A stretch of DNA of 20,000 bases from an uncultured virus (IMG/VR IMGVR_UViG_3300030102_007457) (IMGVR_UViG_3300030102_007457); one strand, 5' to 3'; shown: positions 7,822 to 17,030, numbered from the stretch's first letter. The notes: generated by a model not told the origin, from the sequence alone. Translations and numbers: made by a program.

Positions 7822-7837
7822 ATATATATCTTGTGTC
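7822..7837 (-). promoter_or_regulatory. Putative BRE/TATA promoter upstream of the helicase
   Basis: - strand ACACAAG-ATATATAT ~25-32 nt upstream of ATG 7797 in a 63-nt intergenic gap. Confidence 0.55.
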
Positions 7838-7860
7838 CGATTACTCGTCTATACATTTGA

Positions 7861-8559
7861 TTATCTCTTGACCTTCCTCTCGATATGCATGGGCTCTTCG
7901 CTGGTCAGAGCCTCTATCACACGCCCTCTCAGGACTGGGCCGAGCCCCTTGACCTGCTTGAGGGCGTCAGGATAGCACATTTCCTCTATGCTGCCGCACT
8001 TCTCCAGAAGTTTGTCGACCATGTCCTTGCCTAGTCCGGGTATGGTGAGAAGCATGTCAGCGCGTATGTCGTTGCTGGCAACACGCCGCACTGTTCTCGC
8101 ACCGTGGCTCGATGCTGGTTTGTGCAACTTGTCATGTAGTTTGATGATGAAAAGAGCAGCCTCGCTGGTGTTGGGTGTGTAGAATACCTGACACTCGAAA
8201 TCAGCCATGATTCTGGCGAGGGTGCCTGTCAACTCGTTCTGAACACGAGAGTACGTTATCCTCCGTCCATTATTCTTTGCCATGGCGACGTACTTGTCAA
8301 TGGTGCCATGCACGACGAGGAAGAACCTAGGATAGTTTACATCCATGTTCTCCAGTTGACGCCATAGGTGACCGCTATGGCTGGATTGGAAGAAGTCACT
8401 CAGGCTCTTGGCCTCGACACACGCCTCTCCGAGGACGTAGTCCCCGACAACCAGAGACTGCCTGTTGACTATCAGACCAGCCTTCTCGGCCTTCCTCAGC
8501 ACTGAGTCGCAGAGCATGCCTCGCTCATTGGAATCAATGATTAGGTTGGGCTTAGGCAC
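7861..8559 (-). CDS. ERCC4/XPF-family structure-specific nuclease with C-terminal HhH
   Basis: LIIDSNE, VGDYVL, VEAKSLSDF..S...G.L..Q, followed by HhH motifs IPGLG and VKGLG. Confidence 0.9.
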   Translation of the reverse strand: MPKPNLIIDSNERGMLCDSVLRKAEKAGLIVNRQSLVVGDYVLGEACVEAKSLSDFFQSSHSGHLWRQLENMDVNYPRFFLVVHGTIDKYVAMAKNNGRRITYSRVQNELTGTLARIMADFECQVFYTPNTSEAALFIIKLHDKLHKPASSHGARTVRRVASNDIRADMLLTIPGLGKDMVDKLLEKCGSIEEMCYPDALKQVKGLGPVLRGRVIEALTSEEPMHIERKVKR

Positions 8560-8782
8560 TTTTCTTACCTCCGTGAAAGTGACAGTAATTAGGGTGTTTC
8601 CTATACTTTCTCATGGCACATCTCTTACCCTTCTTATTGACGTGCTCGCATCTGTCGCCGTTCTTCGGTCTCACCATGCACTTGTTGCAGATGCCTGAGT
8701 AGGATGACCTGCTCTTCACGTTGTTCGATGACCTCGGTCCACCGCACTCGGAGCATCTCTGACTGAAGTTGTGCTTTTTCAC
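8552..8782 (-). CDS. Small basic double zinc-finger protein
   Basis: CSEC..CNKC, then C-x8-C-x11-C-x2-HGG; overlaps both neighbours. Confidence 0.7.
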   Translation of the reverse strand: MKKHNFSQRCSECGGPRSSNNVKSRSSYSGICNKCMVRPKNGDRCEHVNKKGKRCAMRKYRKHPNYCHFHGGKKSA

Positions 8783-9888
8783 ATCATCCCCTCCGCAGTT
8801 CCATCGTAGAACTTACACCTTCCACTACACAGACCATCTGATATGATTGTCCTGCACATCCCTGCATTGTAACCACTATTACCACTGCCTCCGTATACTA
8901 TGCTCTCGACTTGTCCTCTTGTGTAAGACTCGTCGAAGTCGACCCATCCCTGCTCTGATATGACCTGCGTTATGAAATCGACATGCTTCTCTTTCTCCTC
9001 ATCCTTGACGCTATCCGGTGGGAAGAACCATCTCAGTCTGCTTGCCATGTAGGATGCGAAATGTAATCTAGCCCTGTGTGTAGGGTTACCCTCACCCATC
9101 GCTGATTGCGCTAGACAGGGTAGAATGGTCAACCCATCGATGGATATGTCAGGTAAATCTACAATCTCTTTTCTTCTGGCTGTGAATATCTGCTTCCTCT
9201 CTGGTAGTACTATGCTCAGTGGTTTATTTCCATGTTGGATGTATCCACCGATTGATTCCTGTGCGTTGTCTATCAGTTCATCATGAGACATGTTCATCAG
9301 ATTATGACTGTCCATCGGCACGCTCCAGCAGCCTCTCTTGCTGTTGTATGAATTGGGTATGCGTATCATACCCGCTGTGTCGAATGCCACAGTGGGGTCG
9401 TTGCTGTACAGATTGAGTTCTTTATGCCATTTGGAAAGCACCATCCTTCCAGCGTCTTTCACACGAGTAACGTCGAATCCGTTGCTGGGGGTGAATACCG
9501 TGTCAAGAGGAATCCACACATGAAAGCCTCCCCCGCTGAACCAGATGAAGTGCATCGTATCCTCTTCAATGAGATACTTGTGTAGGCGTTTTACTTGCTC
9601 ATGCATCTCATCGAAGGGGATATCCTTACCTCTCTCACGGAAGTTCTTACAATCGAAGTCGCATACGAAGTGTCTGATTATTGGAGTGTTGTAATCCACA
9701 CGATGATTGCGAGGAGGAGTGAGTGCACGATATCCGTACGCTGTGAAGTAGACATTGCCACTTCCATTCTTACCCCTCCAGTAGCGCTCGAGACTATCCC
9801 AGTCCTTGACTAGCCTTCTGTATCCCTTCTGGCCGTCAGAACCTATCTCGAGCACTTCCCTTGGGAAGTCCAAGGTGATGAAACTCAT
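8779..9888 (-). CDS. priS: Archaeo-eukaryotic primase, PriS catalytic domain fused to a PriL-like C-terminal domain
   Basis: AEP motifs CDFD, FSGGGFHVW, D...MIRIPNSYN; C-terminal LPCL, THRARLHFASY, CRTI...GLC.GRC as in the PriL Fe-S domain. Confidence 0.88.
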   Translation of the reverse strand: MSFITLDFPREVLEIGSDGQKGYRRLVKDWDSLERYWRGKNGSGNVYFTAYGYRALTPPRNHRVDYNTPIIRHFVCDFDCKNFRERGKDIPFDEMHEQVKRLHKYLIEEDTMHFIWFSGGGFHVWIPLDTVFTPSNGFDVTRVKDAGRMVLSKWHKELNLYSNDPTVAFDTAGMIRIPNSYNSKRGCWSVPMDSHNLMNMSHDELIDNAQESIGGYIQHGNKPLSIVLPERKQIFTARRKEIVDLPDISIDGLTILPCLAQSAMGEGNPTHRARLHFASYMASRLRWFFPPDSVKDEEKEKHVDFITQVISEQGWVDFDESYTRGQVESIVYGGSGNSGYNAGMCRTIISDGLCSGRCKFYDGTAEGMM

Positions 9889-9897
9889 CGTATCACA

Positions 9898-10200
9898 TCA
9901 GCGTAGTTTTTCTACTTCGTTCTCGATAGATGTCAGTAGGGTCCTTGTCAACCCACCTGATAACTCTGGAGTTAGAAACTGCTTGTTGACGGTGATGTCG
10001 AAGTGATGAACACCATCGACCTTGTCAATCCCTATCTCACCATAGTCATGCAGGGTGTGTTGGTATGTCTTGTATATTCTCAACTCGCTCCTACCAAGGG
10101 CACCAACCTGTACCCTACAGGACACACTTGGAGCGAGATACCTTAGTACCTCGTCAAATATGGCAATCATCGTTCTCTCTTTCTTCGTAATTTCAGTCAT
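9898..10200 (-). CDS. Hypothetical protein
   Basis: 100-aa ORF in the operon, overlapping the upstream nuclease gene; no motif recognised. Confidence 0.65.
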   Translation of the reverse strand: MTEITKKERTMIAIFDEVLRYLAPSVSCRVQVGALGRSELRIYKTYQHTLHDYGEIGIDKVDGVHHFDITVNKQFLTPELSGGLTRTLLTSIENEVEKLR

Positions 10201-11149
10201 TTTTCTTCAACTCCTCTTGTGTCCACGCGGGGCATAATTCCATGAAATCGCACCATACGCATTTGTAGTCGTTGCGTTCAGCGGGGAAATTCTTGTCAAG
10301 ATGTGCTTTAACCAGCCTCTTGAGTCTCTTCTCGACAGTGCTAGTGGCATACTTGGCCTTCCTGTCACTTGTTGATTCATAATCCCAGTGAGGCCCATCA
10401 CCGTTGTTGATACCTCCACCGGGGAACTCCCATCCCCAATGTGTTATGGGTAGGAATTCTATGTGTGAACTGTTATCTAACATCATTCTGTAGAACTGCA
10501 TTTCTGCTCTCATGCTGGAAGCCTTGCTGTTCTTCCACTTACCAGTCTTCAACTCCATGAGAATGTAGCCATTCTGGCTCTCGAATATACGGTCGATGAA
10601 GCCACGCATATGAATGGGTATCTTCTTGCCCTCGACCTCCACCGTTCTCGTAGCATGAACCTCAGCCTCATTACCGACGGGGAACCAGTCGATACCCTTG
10701 GTTGCTACCAACCTGTCGAATTGCCAATCCACCCATTGTGATATCTGCTCAACCTCACCATAGAGGTAAGGTTCTGGTGGCTCAGGTATGATAGCGTGTA
10801 GTTTCTCTCTGGCTAGGTGAACGTTGCCGTTCTCTATCTCCTCGAGGATTTCATCTATGTGGGAGGGTGCTTCCAACCAGAAGTACTCGGTCATGTCATG
10901 CACGTTGTTTCCACGGACATGATGGTCCTTCTCCTCGCCCCTCAGTTTCATTATATTCTGAAAGTAATACTGCTTGGGACAGAAGTCGAACGTGCCGAGG
11001 CTGCTCTTGGTGATACGGAGTATCGAGTCCTCCATCTCAGGGGCCCATCCGTAGGTGCTCTTAGAGTAAGACTCCAGCATATCCTCGAACGGGTACTCAA
11101 TCTCATTGTCACGATGGACCTTGTCAGAGCCAACAGGGTTCCATCTCAT
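10193..11149 (-). CDS. Cas4/AddB-like PD-(D/E)XK exonuclease with Fe-S cluster
   Basis: KSSL..F.FCPKQY, RG..VH, GFIDRI, MELKTGK, QFY, C-terminal CVWCDFMELC; start moved to ATG 11149 (ATGA overlap, GGAGG SD). Confidence 0.88.
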   Translation of the reverse strand: MRWNPVGSDKVHRDNEIEYPFEDMLESYSKSTYGWAPEMEDSILRITKSSLGTFDFCPKQYYFQNIMKLRGEEKDHHVRGNNVHDMTEYFWLEAPSHIDEILEEIENGNVHLAREKLHAIIPEPPEPYLYGEVEQISQWVDWQFDRLVATKGIDWFPVGNEAEVHATRTVEVEGKKIPIHMRGFIDRIFESQNGYILMELKTGKWKNSKASSMRAEMQFYRMMLDNSSHIEFLPITHWGWEFPGGGINNGDGPHWDYESTSDRKAKYATSTVEKRLKRLVKAHLDKNFPAERNDYKCVWCDFMELCPAWTQEELKKND

Positions 11150-11334
11150 TCCTCCTCCTCCAGTTCTATCAGTTTCTGCAAGTACACAGTAGCATCCATG
11201 AACTCCTCTTGAAGATGAATCATCCACTCTAACTTACTGAGTGGAGCGGTCTCCATAGTCACTCCGTACTTATCCTTGCCTACTGCCGCTCTTCCTAGTA
11301 TCTTCTTACACACTTCATCTTCTATTCTTGACAT
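11146..11334 (-). CDS. Small all-alpha NTP pyrophosphatase (MazG-like) family phage protein
   Basis: 62 aa from ATG 11334 (TAATG with the polB stop): R...GKDKYGVT.....L...EW..HLQEEFMDATVY, with an EExxD acidic motif. Confidence 0.55.
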   Translation of the reverse strand: MSRIEDEVCKKILGRAAVGKDKYGVTMETAPLSKLEWMIHLQEEFMDATVYLQKLIELEEEE

Positions 11335-13715
11335 TACCAATACACCTCCGGTACAGGGGCACCAGACGCGTTGTCTAAATCCCATCCCATAGTATCGAAT
11401 ATGTTCTTCAACTTCGCACGAATCATCTTCTCGACGATTACATCGTAATCCAGCACGAAATCATCCATCTCTGATGAATCTCTGAAAGCGACCACGTTCG
11501 CGTCGAACGTCTTGTTACGCACACGCACCGTGTTGCTCATCCCCTCTGGGACTCCCTTGACGAATACCCACTGCGCACCATCTCCGGGCCTGAAAGGCTC
11601 CTCTGGCTTCATGTTATCATTGTAGTATTTCGCTGCTCTCACAGGTAATGGAACATTAGACTCATACTTGGAGAACTTTCTCTTCACCCTACCATAAGGA
11701 CTCAAATCCTCGACTGGTATGTCTCCTTTCTTGACTGCTATAGATATCGGCCTTATCGCATCGTTGACCTCTTGCTCTTCAGCACCGTTGCCCACCAATT
11801 GCATGGCTGTCTCCTGCACTCTCTTGCTGATTGGTGCTGAGTTTGAGGCCTTCACCTCGAAGCCTGAAATCTTCATGCTCCCCTTGTCGGACTCAGGCCA
11901 CACCTTGATTCCGAAGTATCTGTTCTTGGTGCTCGCTGTCATCCAGTAGTCGAAGTAAGCCTCCAACTCCACATCCATGTAAGGCATGTCCAAGTCCTCT
12001 TGAGCCTTCTTGGTGAGATGGCTCGCTAGATTCTCCGCTTCATCGAATGGAACTTGAATGAATGCTGAATCGGTATGACCATACAAACCACGGTATCCCA
12101 TCTTCTCACTCTCTGCAAGTAGGAACTTGATACTCTCACGACCCATGTATGTGATAGTGCGACCTATGTCCAAGTCGGACCACATGCCTCCTATCTTGTT
12201 CATAGCGACCATACCGTACAATGCGTTGACAGCGACCTTGGTGGCAGTCTGCAGCATGTCGTAGCCACGTCGCTCGTCATAGTCCTCTGCTGCCTTCATC
12301 TTGGCCTTGTACTCCTTGCGCAACGCGAGCATCTCCTCGACCACGCTAGGCAGCAGGCCCTTGGTGGACTGGTCCCAGTGGGTACCGTTACCGGGTGACT
12401 TGATATTATCACCAGCGTTTTTCCTCTGCGTCTCCCAAGAGAGATTCAGTGAGCGTATTATATTCGGATAGAGAGATGCGTAATCCACTAACGCAACTCC
12501 CTCGTGACGACCCGGAACCGGGTCTGGAATGTAAGCGGCCTGCAGGTCCTCACGGCTCTGCGCTCGTGATGAGGGGGCCTTGTGATGTGTCCTCCTAGCG
12601 ATGAGACCACGGAAGTAACGCGTGACTCTGAATGTGCTTCCGAAGTTGACACCGCATAGTTTCATCATTGCCACATGGAACTCAGTCGCATGCAGTTTCT
12701 GGTCTATATCTCTCAGTAGAGTAGTATCGACCAGACAGTAATCGACGAACTCGTCGAAGTAGTCGTACCACCCGTTGTGGACGGTCATGCCCTCCACGCG
12801 GTTGGTCAGTTTCTCGCCCAGTTCCAGTTTCTGAGCGACCCAGTCCAGTTTCCTGCTGGACATCTGTCCCCTACCAGACTTCTGCCATATCGACTCGAAG
12901 CCGCTACCAGTCATGCCGCGAGCGGCGCTGTCGTACACGATGCGACCCTTGATTGGCTGCGCTGTGTCATCGTAGCCGTCGTTGCCTCTGGGTTTGATAA
13001 TCTGATTGATTGGGCTGAGACGCGCTGGATTCTCCAGCCTGCGCATGAGATGGGGTATGTCAGCCCAGTTACCCGCATGAGCGACGAAGATGTCGGGGTT
13101 GCGGTCCTCTAGGTAGTTCAGGAACGCGTCATGCATGGAGTGCTCATCAGCACATAGGTGCAGCATGTATCCACCCTCGCGCTCCACCCACACGTCCTTG
13201 GGTGCCTTGTCGTCCTTCCATGCGAACACATGGGGATACTCATCTTGATTGTCTACTACTGCCATCACAGTAGTAAAGTCCTCCTTCGGGTCCCACTCCA
13301 AGTCGAAGTACCATATCCTCGGATGGAACTCGGGTATCCCTTCAGGGTAGTTCTCAATAATATAACAGTCATTGAAGTTCAGGTCAGCCTCGTAGGTGCT
13401 GTTCAACTCATCCTTGATATCCCATAGATTACCGGGCTTGGGAGTCGATAGTTTCATCAGGGAAGTACCGTCTATACCTTCTGCTCTCTCATTCGGGTGG
13501 AACACAGTGCCGGGGTACCTTCGCATTATTCGCTGTATAGAACGCTCATTCAGATTCTTAGGAACCCAGCAGAAAGGTGTCATGTAACCCTCGTCTTCAG
13601 GTCCGATGACTTTCTCGTGCAGGATGCCGTCGGCTCCACGCGTGCGTATGTAGATGAGGGGGTCATCCTCCATCGCATTGCTCGGATAGAACCAATCGAC
13701 AATCACCGCAATCAC
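11334..13715 (-). CDS. polB: Family B DNA polymerase
   Basis: ExoI FDLEW, ExoIII YCLVD, PolA DYASLYP, PolB KVAVNALYG, PolC YGHTDS, KNRY, GFEVK. True start may be GTG 13706. Confidence 0.97.
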   Translation of the reverse strand: MIAVIVDWFYPSNAMEDDPLIYIRTRGADGILHEKVIGPEDEGYMTPFCWVPKNLNERSIQRIMRRYPGTVFHPNERAEGIDGTSLMKLSTPKPGNLWDIKDELNSTYEADLNFNDCYIIENYPEGIPEFHPRIWYFDLEWDPKEDFTTVMAVVDNQDEYPHVFAWKDDKAPKDVWVEREGGYMLHLCADEHSMHDAFLNYLEDRNPDIFVAHAGNWADIPHLMRRLENPARLSPINQIIKPRGNDGYDDTAQPIKGRIVYDSAARGMTGSGFESIWQKSGRGQMSSRKLDWVAQKLELGEKLTNRVEGMTVHNGWYDYFDEFVDYCLVDTTLLRDIDQKLHATEFHVAMMKLCGVNFGSTFRVTRYFRGLIARRTHHKAPSSRAQSREDLQAAYIPDPVPGRHEGVALVDYASLYPNIIRSLNLSWETQRKNAGDNIKSPGNGTHWDQSTKGLLPSVVEEMLALRKEYKAKMKAAEDYDERRGYDMLQTATKVAVNALYGMVAMNKIGGMWSDLDIGRTITYMGRESIKFLLAESEKMGYRGLYGHTDSAFIQVPFDEAENLASHLTKKAQEDLDMPYMDVELEAYFDYWMTASTKNRYFGIKVWPESDKGSMKISGFEVKASNSAPISKRVQETAMQLVGNGAEEQEVNDAIRPISIAVKKGDIPVEDLSPYGRVKRKFSKYESNVPLPVRAAKYYNDNMKPEEPFRPGDGAQWVFVKGVPEGMSNTVRVRNKTFDANVVAFRDSSEMDDFVLDYDVIVEKMIRAKLKNIFDTMGWDLDNASGAPVPEVYW

Positions 13716-14476
13716 TCCTTCTGGTCCACTATAATCAGGAGGTCATGTCCCTGTTCTATGATGAGCACAGTACCCTCACCGAAGTGAATGGTCGCTGTGT
13801 CATCGTCTAGTATGTTCACGCACTGCATGAACCAAGAGCCGAACGAACTGCCTATCGTGGCGTTGGGGCCCTGTGGGTTCTGCATCTCCGTGGTGAAGAA
13901 GAGCCTCGGTGTGTGCTTCTTACCAGCCTGCACCGAGAACTCCGCCTCCTCCGCGTTCACCAAGACCCTGAACACAGGGGCTCCGATGACTCCCTTCATG
14001 CCGCCTATGGCCTTGAGTTCCTTGGCGTCTATGTCACCATGTACTTCCAACAGTGTTTCTCTTGATGTGCCTGTCATCCACGAGGTCCACATCGATTCGC
14101 TTGACTTGGATACTATCTTACGCACCAGAGGGGTCTTGGCGTGACTGACTATGCTGTCAGGTGTCGGAAGTTGTAGTTTCATACTCCCAGCATTGATGTA
14201 CAGCAATTTACCACTCCCCGTTTGCTTCAGGGTAATTGCAGCGGTCTTCGCTCTCTTGCAGAATATGTTCAACTTAGACACATCACCGATGTCGATGTCG
14301 CCCTCCTTGGTTATCGAATCCTCATCAACGATGAGAGTCCGGCGTAGGTAGTGAGTCGAGAAGCCCACCTCTCCGGTAATGCGAGTACCTGCGACACTAA
14401 GTCTCAGGTCATCCACCTCACCGAACCCGGCTATGAAGCCGAGCAGGCTCTTCCTGTCAAGCGTTACCTCAGTCAT
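13712..14476 (-). CDS. Divergent PCNA-like sliding clamp
   Basis: 254 aa from ATG 14476 with two repeats of an alpha/beta clamp-like pattern (C-term SSFGSWF...L..D.ATIHFGEG.VL.I); adjacent to polB, with RFC in the same operon. Similarity is weak. Confidence 0.6.
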   Translation of the reverse strand: MTEVTLDRKSLLGFIAGFGEVDDLRLSVAGTRITGEVGFSTHYLRRTLIVDEDSITKEGDIDIGDVSKLNIFCKRAKTAAITLKQTGSGKLLYINAGSMKLQLPTPDSIVSHAKTPLVRKIVSKSSESMWTSWMTGTSRETLLEVHGDIDAKELKAIGGMKGVIGAPVFRVLVNAEEAEFSVQAGKKHTPRLFFTTEMQNPQGPNATIGSSFGSWFMQCVNILDDDTATIHFGEGTVLIIEQGHDLLIIVDQKE

Positions 14477-14477
14477 C

Positions 14478-15455
14478 TCAAAGACTTCCATCAGAGAGTT
14501 CAGGCAGGCCAATCCATCGGGCAGGCTTCCCTGCCTCTGTCACCAGAATGGTACGGCGCTGCCCCTGAAGTTCAGCATTGGTCTTGCTCTTGTCGAATGT
14601 CACTGTGAACTCGCTTCGTATGACGTCCGTTCTCTCTTCATTATACACGTCTTTTCTCTCGCATATTAGAATCTGATAGACGTAGTTGTTCGTAGCCTTC
14701 TCACAGTCGGGTCTCCACTTCGCAGTATCCTCATTCTTACCGAACGAGTAGTTGGTCATGCGCAGATGGGTCTCCCAGAACACACTCACACCAGCCTTGA
14801 CCAGTCCTCTTGACAGGGCAGTCAACTGATGGAATCGAGTCTTGCGGATGGCCCAGTCCCATTGATGGCCCACCTTCACGTTCCAGTCAGCGGATTCGAT
14901 ACCGTCCTTGGCGAGATTCAAATCCACGATGCGCATGTTGTTGATGCACACGCTGTCCCACAGGTCTATGCCGGTGACATGGACTCCCCACAGTCTCTCA
15001 CCAGTATAACCGGGAGTGTTCTGTTTCCTAGCGATGTCCACAGCGAACTGCATTATCTTCATCACTCGGTCGTGGGTACCCGGATAGTCGTAGGCCGTCC
15101 TGTCTCCCTGCTGCATGACCCAAGGGTCCCAGCATCGAATGCTGTCATTGTTCCTATGGAAGGCGGAAGCCGTACCGGCCCCACCACCATCGAAATCCAG
15201 AATCCACAGTTGACCGTCTTTCTTGCTCTTGCTAAAGGCGTCGAGCACGATGGCAGACTTGCCGGTGTTCTCATGCCCTGCTATGAGGGCGAACACCGTG
15301 CTCTTGGGCTGCTGCTGATGCAGTATGTTCAGTTCAGCACGCAGGTCTGCGAACGGGTCGATTGACTTCTTGGCTTTTGCAGGAGTATTAACAGGTGGGA
15401 GTTCCTCCTCCCTGTCCTCTTGCATCTGCTTCGCTGCTCCGAAACCAGCCATCAC
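14478..15455 (-). CDS. RecA-fold ATPase (RadA/Sak4/AAA_24-like)
   Basis: Walker A IAGHENTGKS, ILDFDGG, VFWETH, KSK; no RadA N-terminal HhH domain seen. Confidence 0.7.
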   Translation of the reverse strand: MMAGFGAAKQMQEDREEELPPVNTPAKAKKSIDPFADLRAELNILHQQQPKSTVFALIAGHENTGKSAIVLDAFSKSKKDGQLWILDFDGGGAGTASAFHRNNDSIRCWDPWVMQQGDRTAYDYPGTHDRVMKIMQFAVDIARKQNTPGYTGERLWGVHVTGIDLWDSVCINNMRIVDLNLAKDGIESADWNVKVGHQWDWAIRKTRFHQLTALSRGLVKAGVSVFWETHLRMTNYSFGKNEDTAKWRPDCEKATNNYVYQILICERKDVYNEERTDVIRSEFTVTFDKSKTNAELQGQRRTILVTEAGKPARWIGLPELSDGSL

Positions 15456-15673
15456 TCTTGCCCTCCGGCTGCTTTGTTCAGCGCCTCTATGTCACGTAGC
15501 AAGTTCTGAGAGGCAGCCATTACAGCATTCGCATGCTGCTCTAGCAGTCTCTGAGTCAATTGCATCTTGGCCAACTGCTGCTCGAGAGCAGGGATGGAAG
15601 CCAACTGTTTCCTCAGCGTTTCATTTTCGTTCTTCATTTCATTCATTGTTTCCTTCATTGTTTTCTTTGCCAC
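15452..15673 (-). CDS. Small coiled-coil protein
   Basis: 73 aa from GTG 15673 with a GAGGTGA SD; heptad-rich (MKNENETLRKQL..LEQQLAKMQ). Confidence 0.65.
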   Translation of the reverse strand: MAKKTMKETMNEMKNENETLRKQLASIPALEQQLAKMQLTQRLLEQHANAVMAASQNLLRDIEALNKAAGGQE

Positions 15674-15683
15674 AATAATCACC

Positions 15684-17030
15684 TCACTCAAACTGCTCCC
15701 TTGCGGTGTTGCCGCCGCCCACTCTGGGTCTAACCCTGCGTGGGTCGGCATAAACGCCGAACACGTTCAACTTGGGTAGTTTCTCACCGTCGATGACAGA
15801 CATACCCACACGTCCGACCACTAGCACAGTGGACTTCTCAGCCCACTCGATGTGACCGTCGTCCTTCCTCGAAACGAAGGGGTCAGTTGAGTCATAACAT
15901 GCACCGCTAACCCAGCATGTCACCTCAGAGCCACGGCTTTGACCGTGCATGCTCTGCAGCCCTATGCTGGTTAGGTTGAGGGAGAAGTTTCTTCCTGTCT
16001 GGTCGTACTCGCTGTCCCTCGGTTCAGTGGATAGCCTGTTGACCGTTCCCTTCGTAATCACGATTGGGCCGGACCTTCCAGTCTCACCATTAATCTCGAA
16101 AGTTCTACTGCGAGCCTCATACACCTCCGCTAGGTCCTCCAAGGGGACGAAGCAGTCATGGTAACCAGTGTGGGTCATGAACTTGGATGGGTGTAGATGT
16201 TTTCTCTCAGACTCACTGACGAAGTCATTCGTATACTTGATTGAGTCCTCGAATCCCATGGACACACTGAGGACGTCCTTGTAAGCCTCCGGGGCGTTGT
16301 CATTGGGTGGTCTGACGTATATCCTGCATGGTTCTCCCACCTTCACGGATATGTCCACAGCACCACCGACACAATCTACTCTCCACATCTGGATGTTACT
16401 CTCGAACTTGCTCTCCTCATTGCCTAGGAAGAAGTAGTGCCTACCCATCATGCTCGATGGCATTGGCCTTCCGGTCGTCGAGCCTAGGAGGCATATGTAA
16501 TCACCATCTGCCATGAATCCCATGGATGGTACCTCGTTGACTGGCTCCAATGTGTCGATGACTCCGTTGGCTGTCTCTATGACCCACTGGTCTCCCTTCT
16601 TCTGATAGACTCCGACCTTGCCGCTGCCGATTGCCTGATTGGGGTCCATCGTGTATTCTCTCTTGGCTCTGGCTACCATGTTGGCACGCCTGTCTCTCTT
16701 GTTGGCGTCCACACCGATGAAGCATCCGACGAAGCAAGTCGTGTTGGCTCCACCAGATACAGTACTCCTGCGTAGTTGTACGAAGCATTGCTCCGCCCAA
16801 TCAATGAGAAGGTCCTCATCCTCGTCTTCCCAGTTCTCACAGCCGTAGTCATCTCTGATGCTGTCGAGGAAGTGCTTGGTGACCTCCTCCACTGAATCCC
16901 CTGTGCGTTCTGCATGCTTCTCTATTCGCACACGTAGCCCATCGGGCATCGCATTGCTAGGCTTCGCCATCTTAGCGAAACCTGCTGGGGCGTTCTCTTT
17001 CTTTACATATTCATTTTCTTCTTCAGTCAA
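15684..17030 (-). CDS. Putative RPA-like ssDNA-binding protein (multiple OB folds)
   Basis: Helical N-terminus, then OB-like strand patterns (ITKGTVNRL..FSLNLT..VTCWV..VLVVGRV..KLNVFGVY); lies between RFC and the recombinase-like ATPase. Confidence 0.55.
   Translation of the reverse strand: MTEEENEYVKKENAPAGFAKMAKPSNAMPDGLRVRIEKHAERTGDSVEEVTKHFLDSIRDDYGCENWEDEDEDLLIDWAEQCFVQLRRSTVSGGANTTCFVGCFIGVDANKRDRRANMVARAKREYTMDPNQAIGSGKVGVYQKKGDQWVIETANGVIDTLEPVNEVPSMGFMADGDYICLLGSTTGRPMPSSMMGRHYFFLGNEESKFESNIQMWRVDCVGGAVDISVKVGEPCRIYVRPPNDNAPEAYKDVLSVSMGFEDSIKYTNDFVSESERKHLHPSKFMTHTGYHDCFVPLEDLAEVYEARSRTFEINGETGRSGPIVITKGTVNRLSTEPRDSEYDQTGRNFSLNLTSIGLQSMHGQSRGSEVTCWVSGACYDSTDPFVSRKDDGHIEWAEKSTVLVVGRVGMSVIDGEKLPKLNVFGVYADPRRVRPRVGGGNTAREQFE

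Noticed and set aside
10193..11149. Cas4-like gene as evidence of a CRISPR-Cas system
   Set aside because: No repeat-spacer array or other cas genes seen; solo Cas4-like nucleases are common in viral replication modules.
11334..13715. Inteins in PolB, RFC or the helicase
   Set aside because: Protein lengths are compact and no C/S...HN-C/S/T splice junctions interrupt the motifs.
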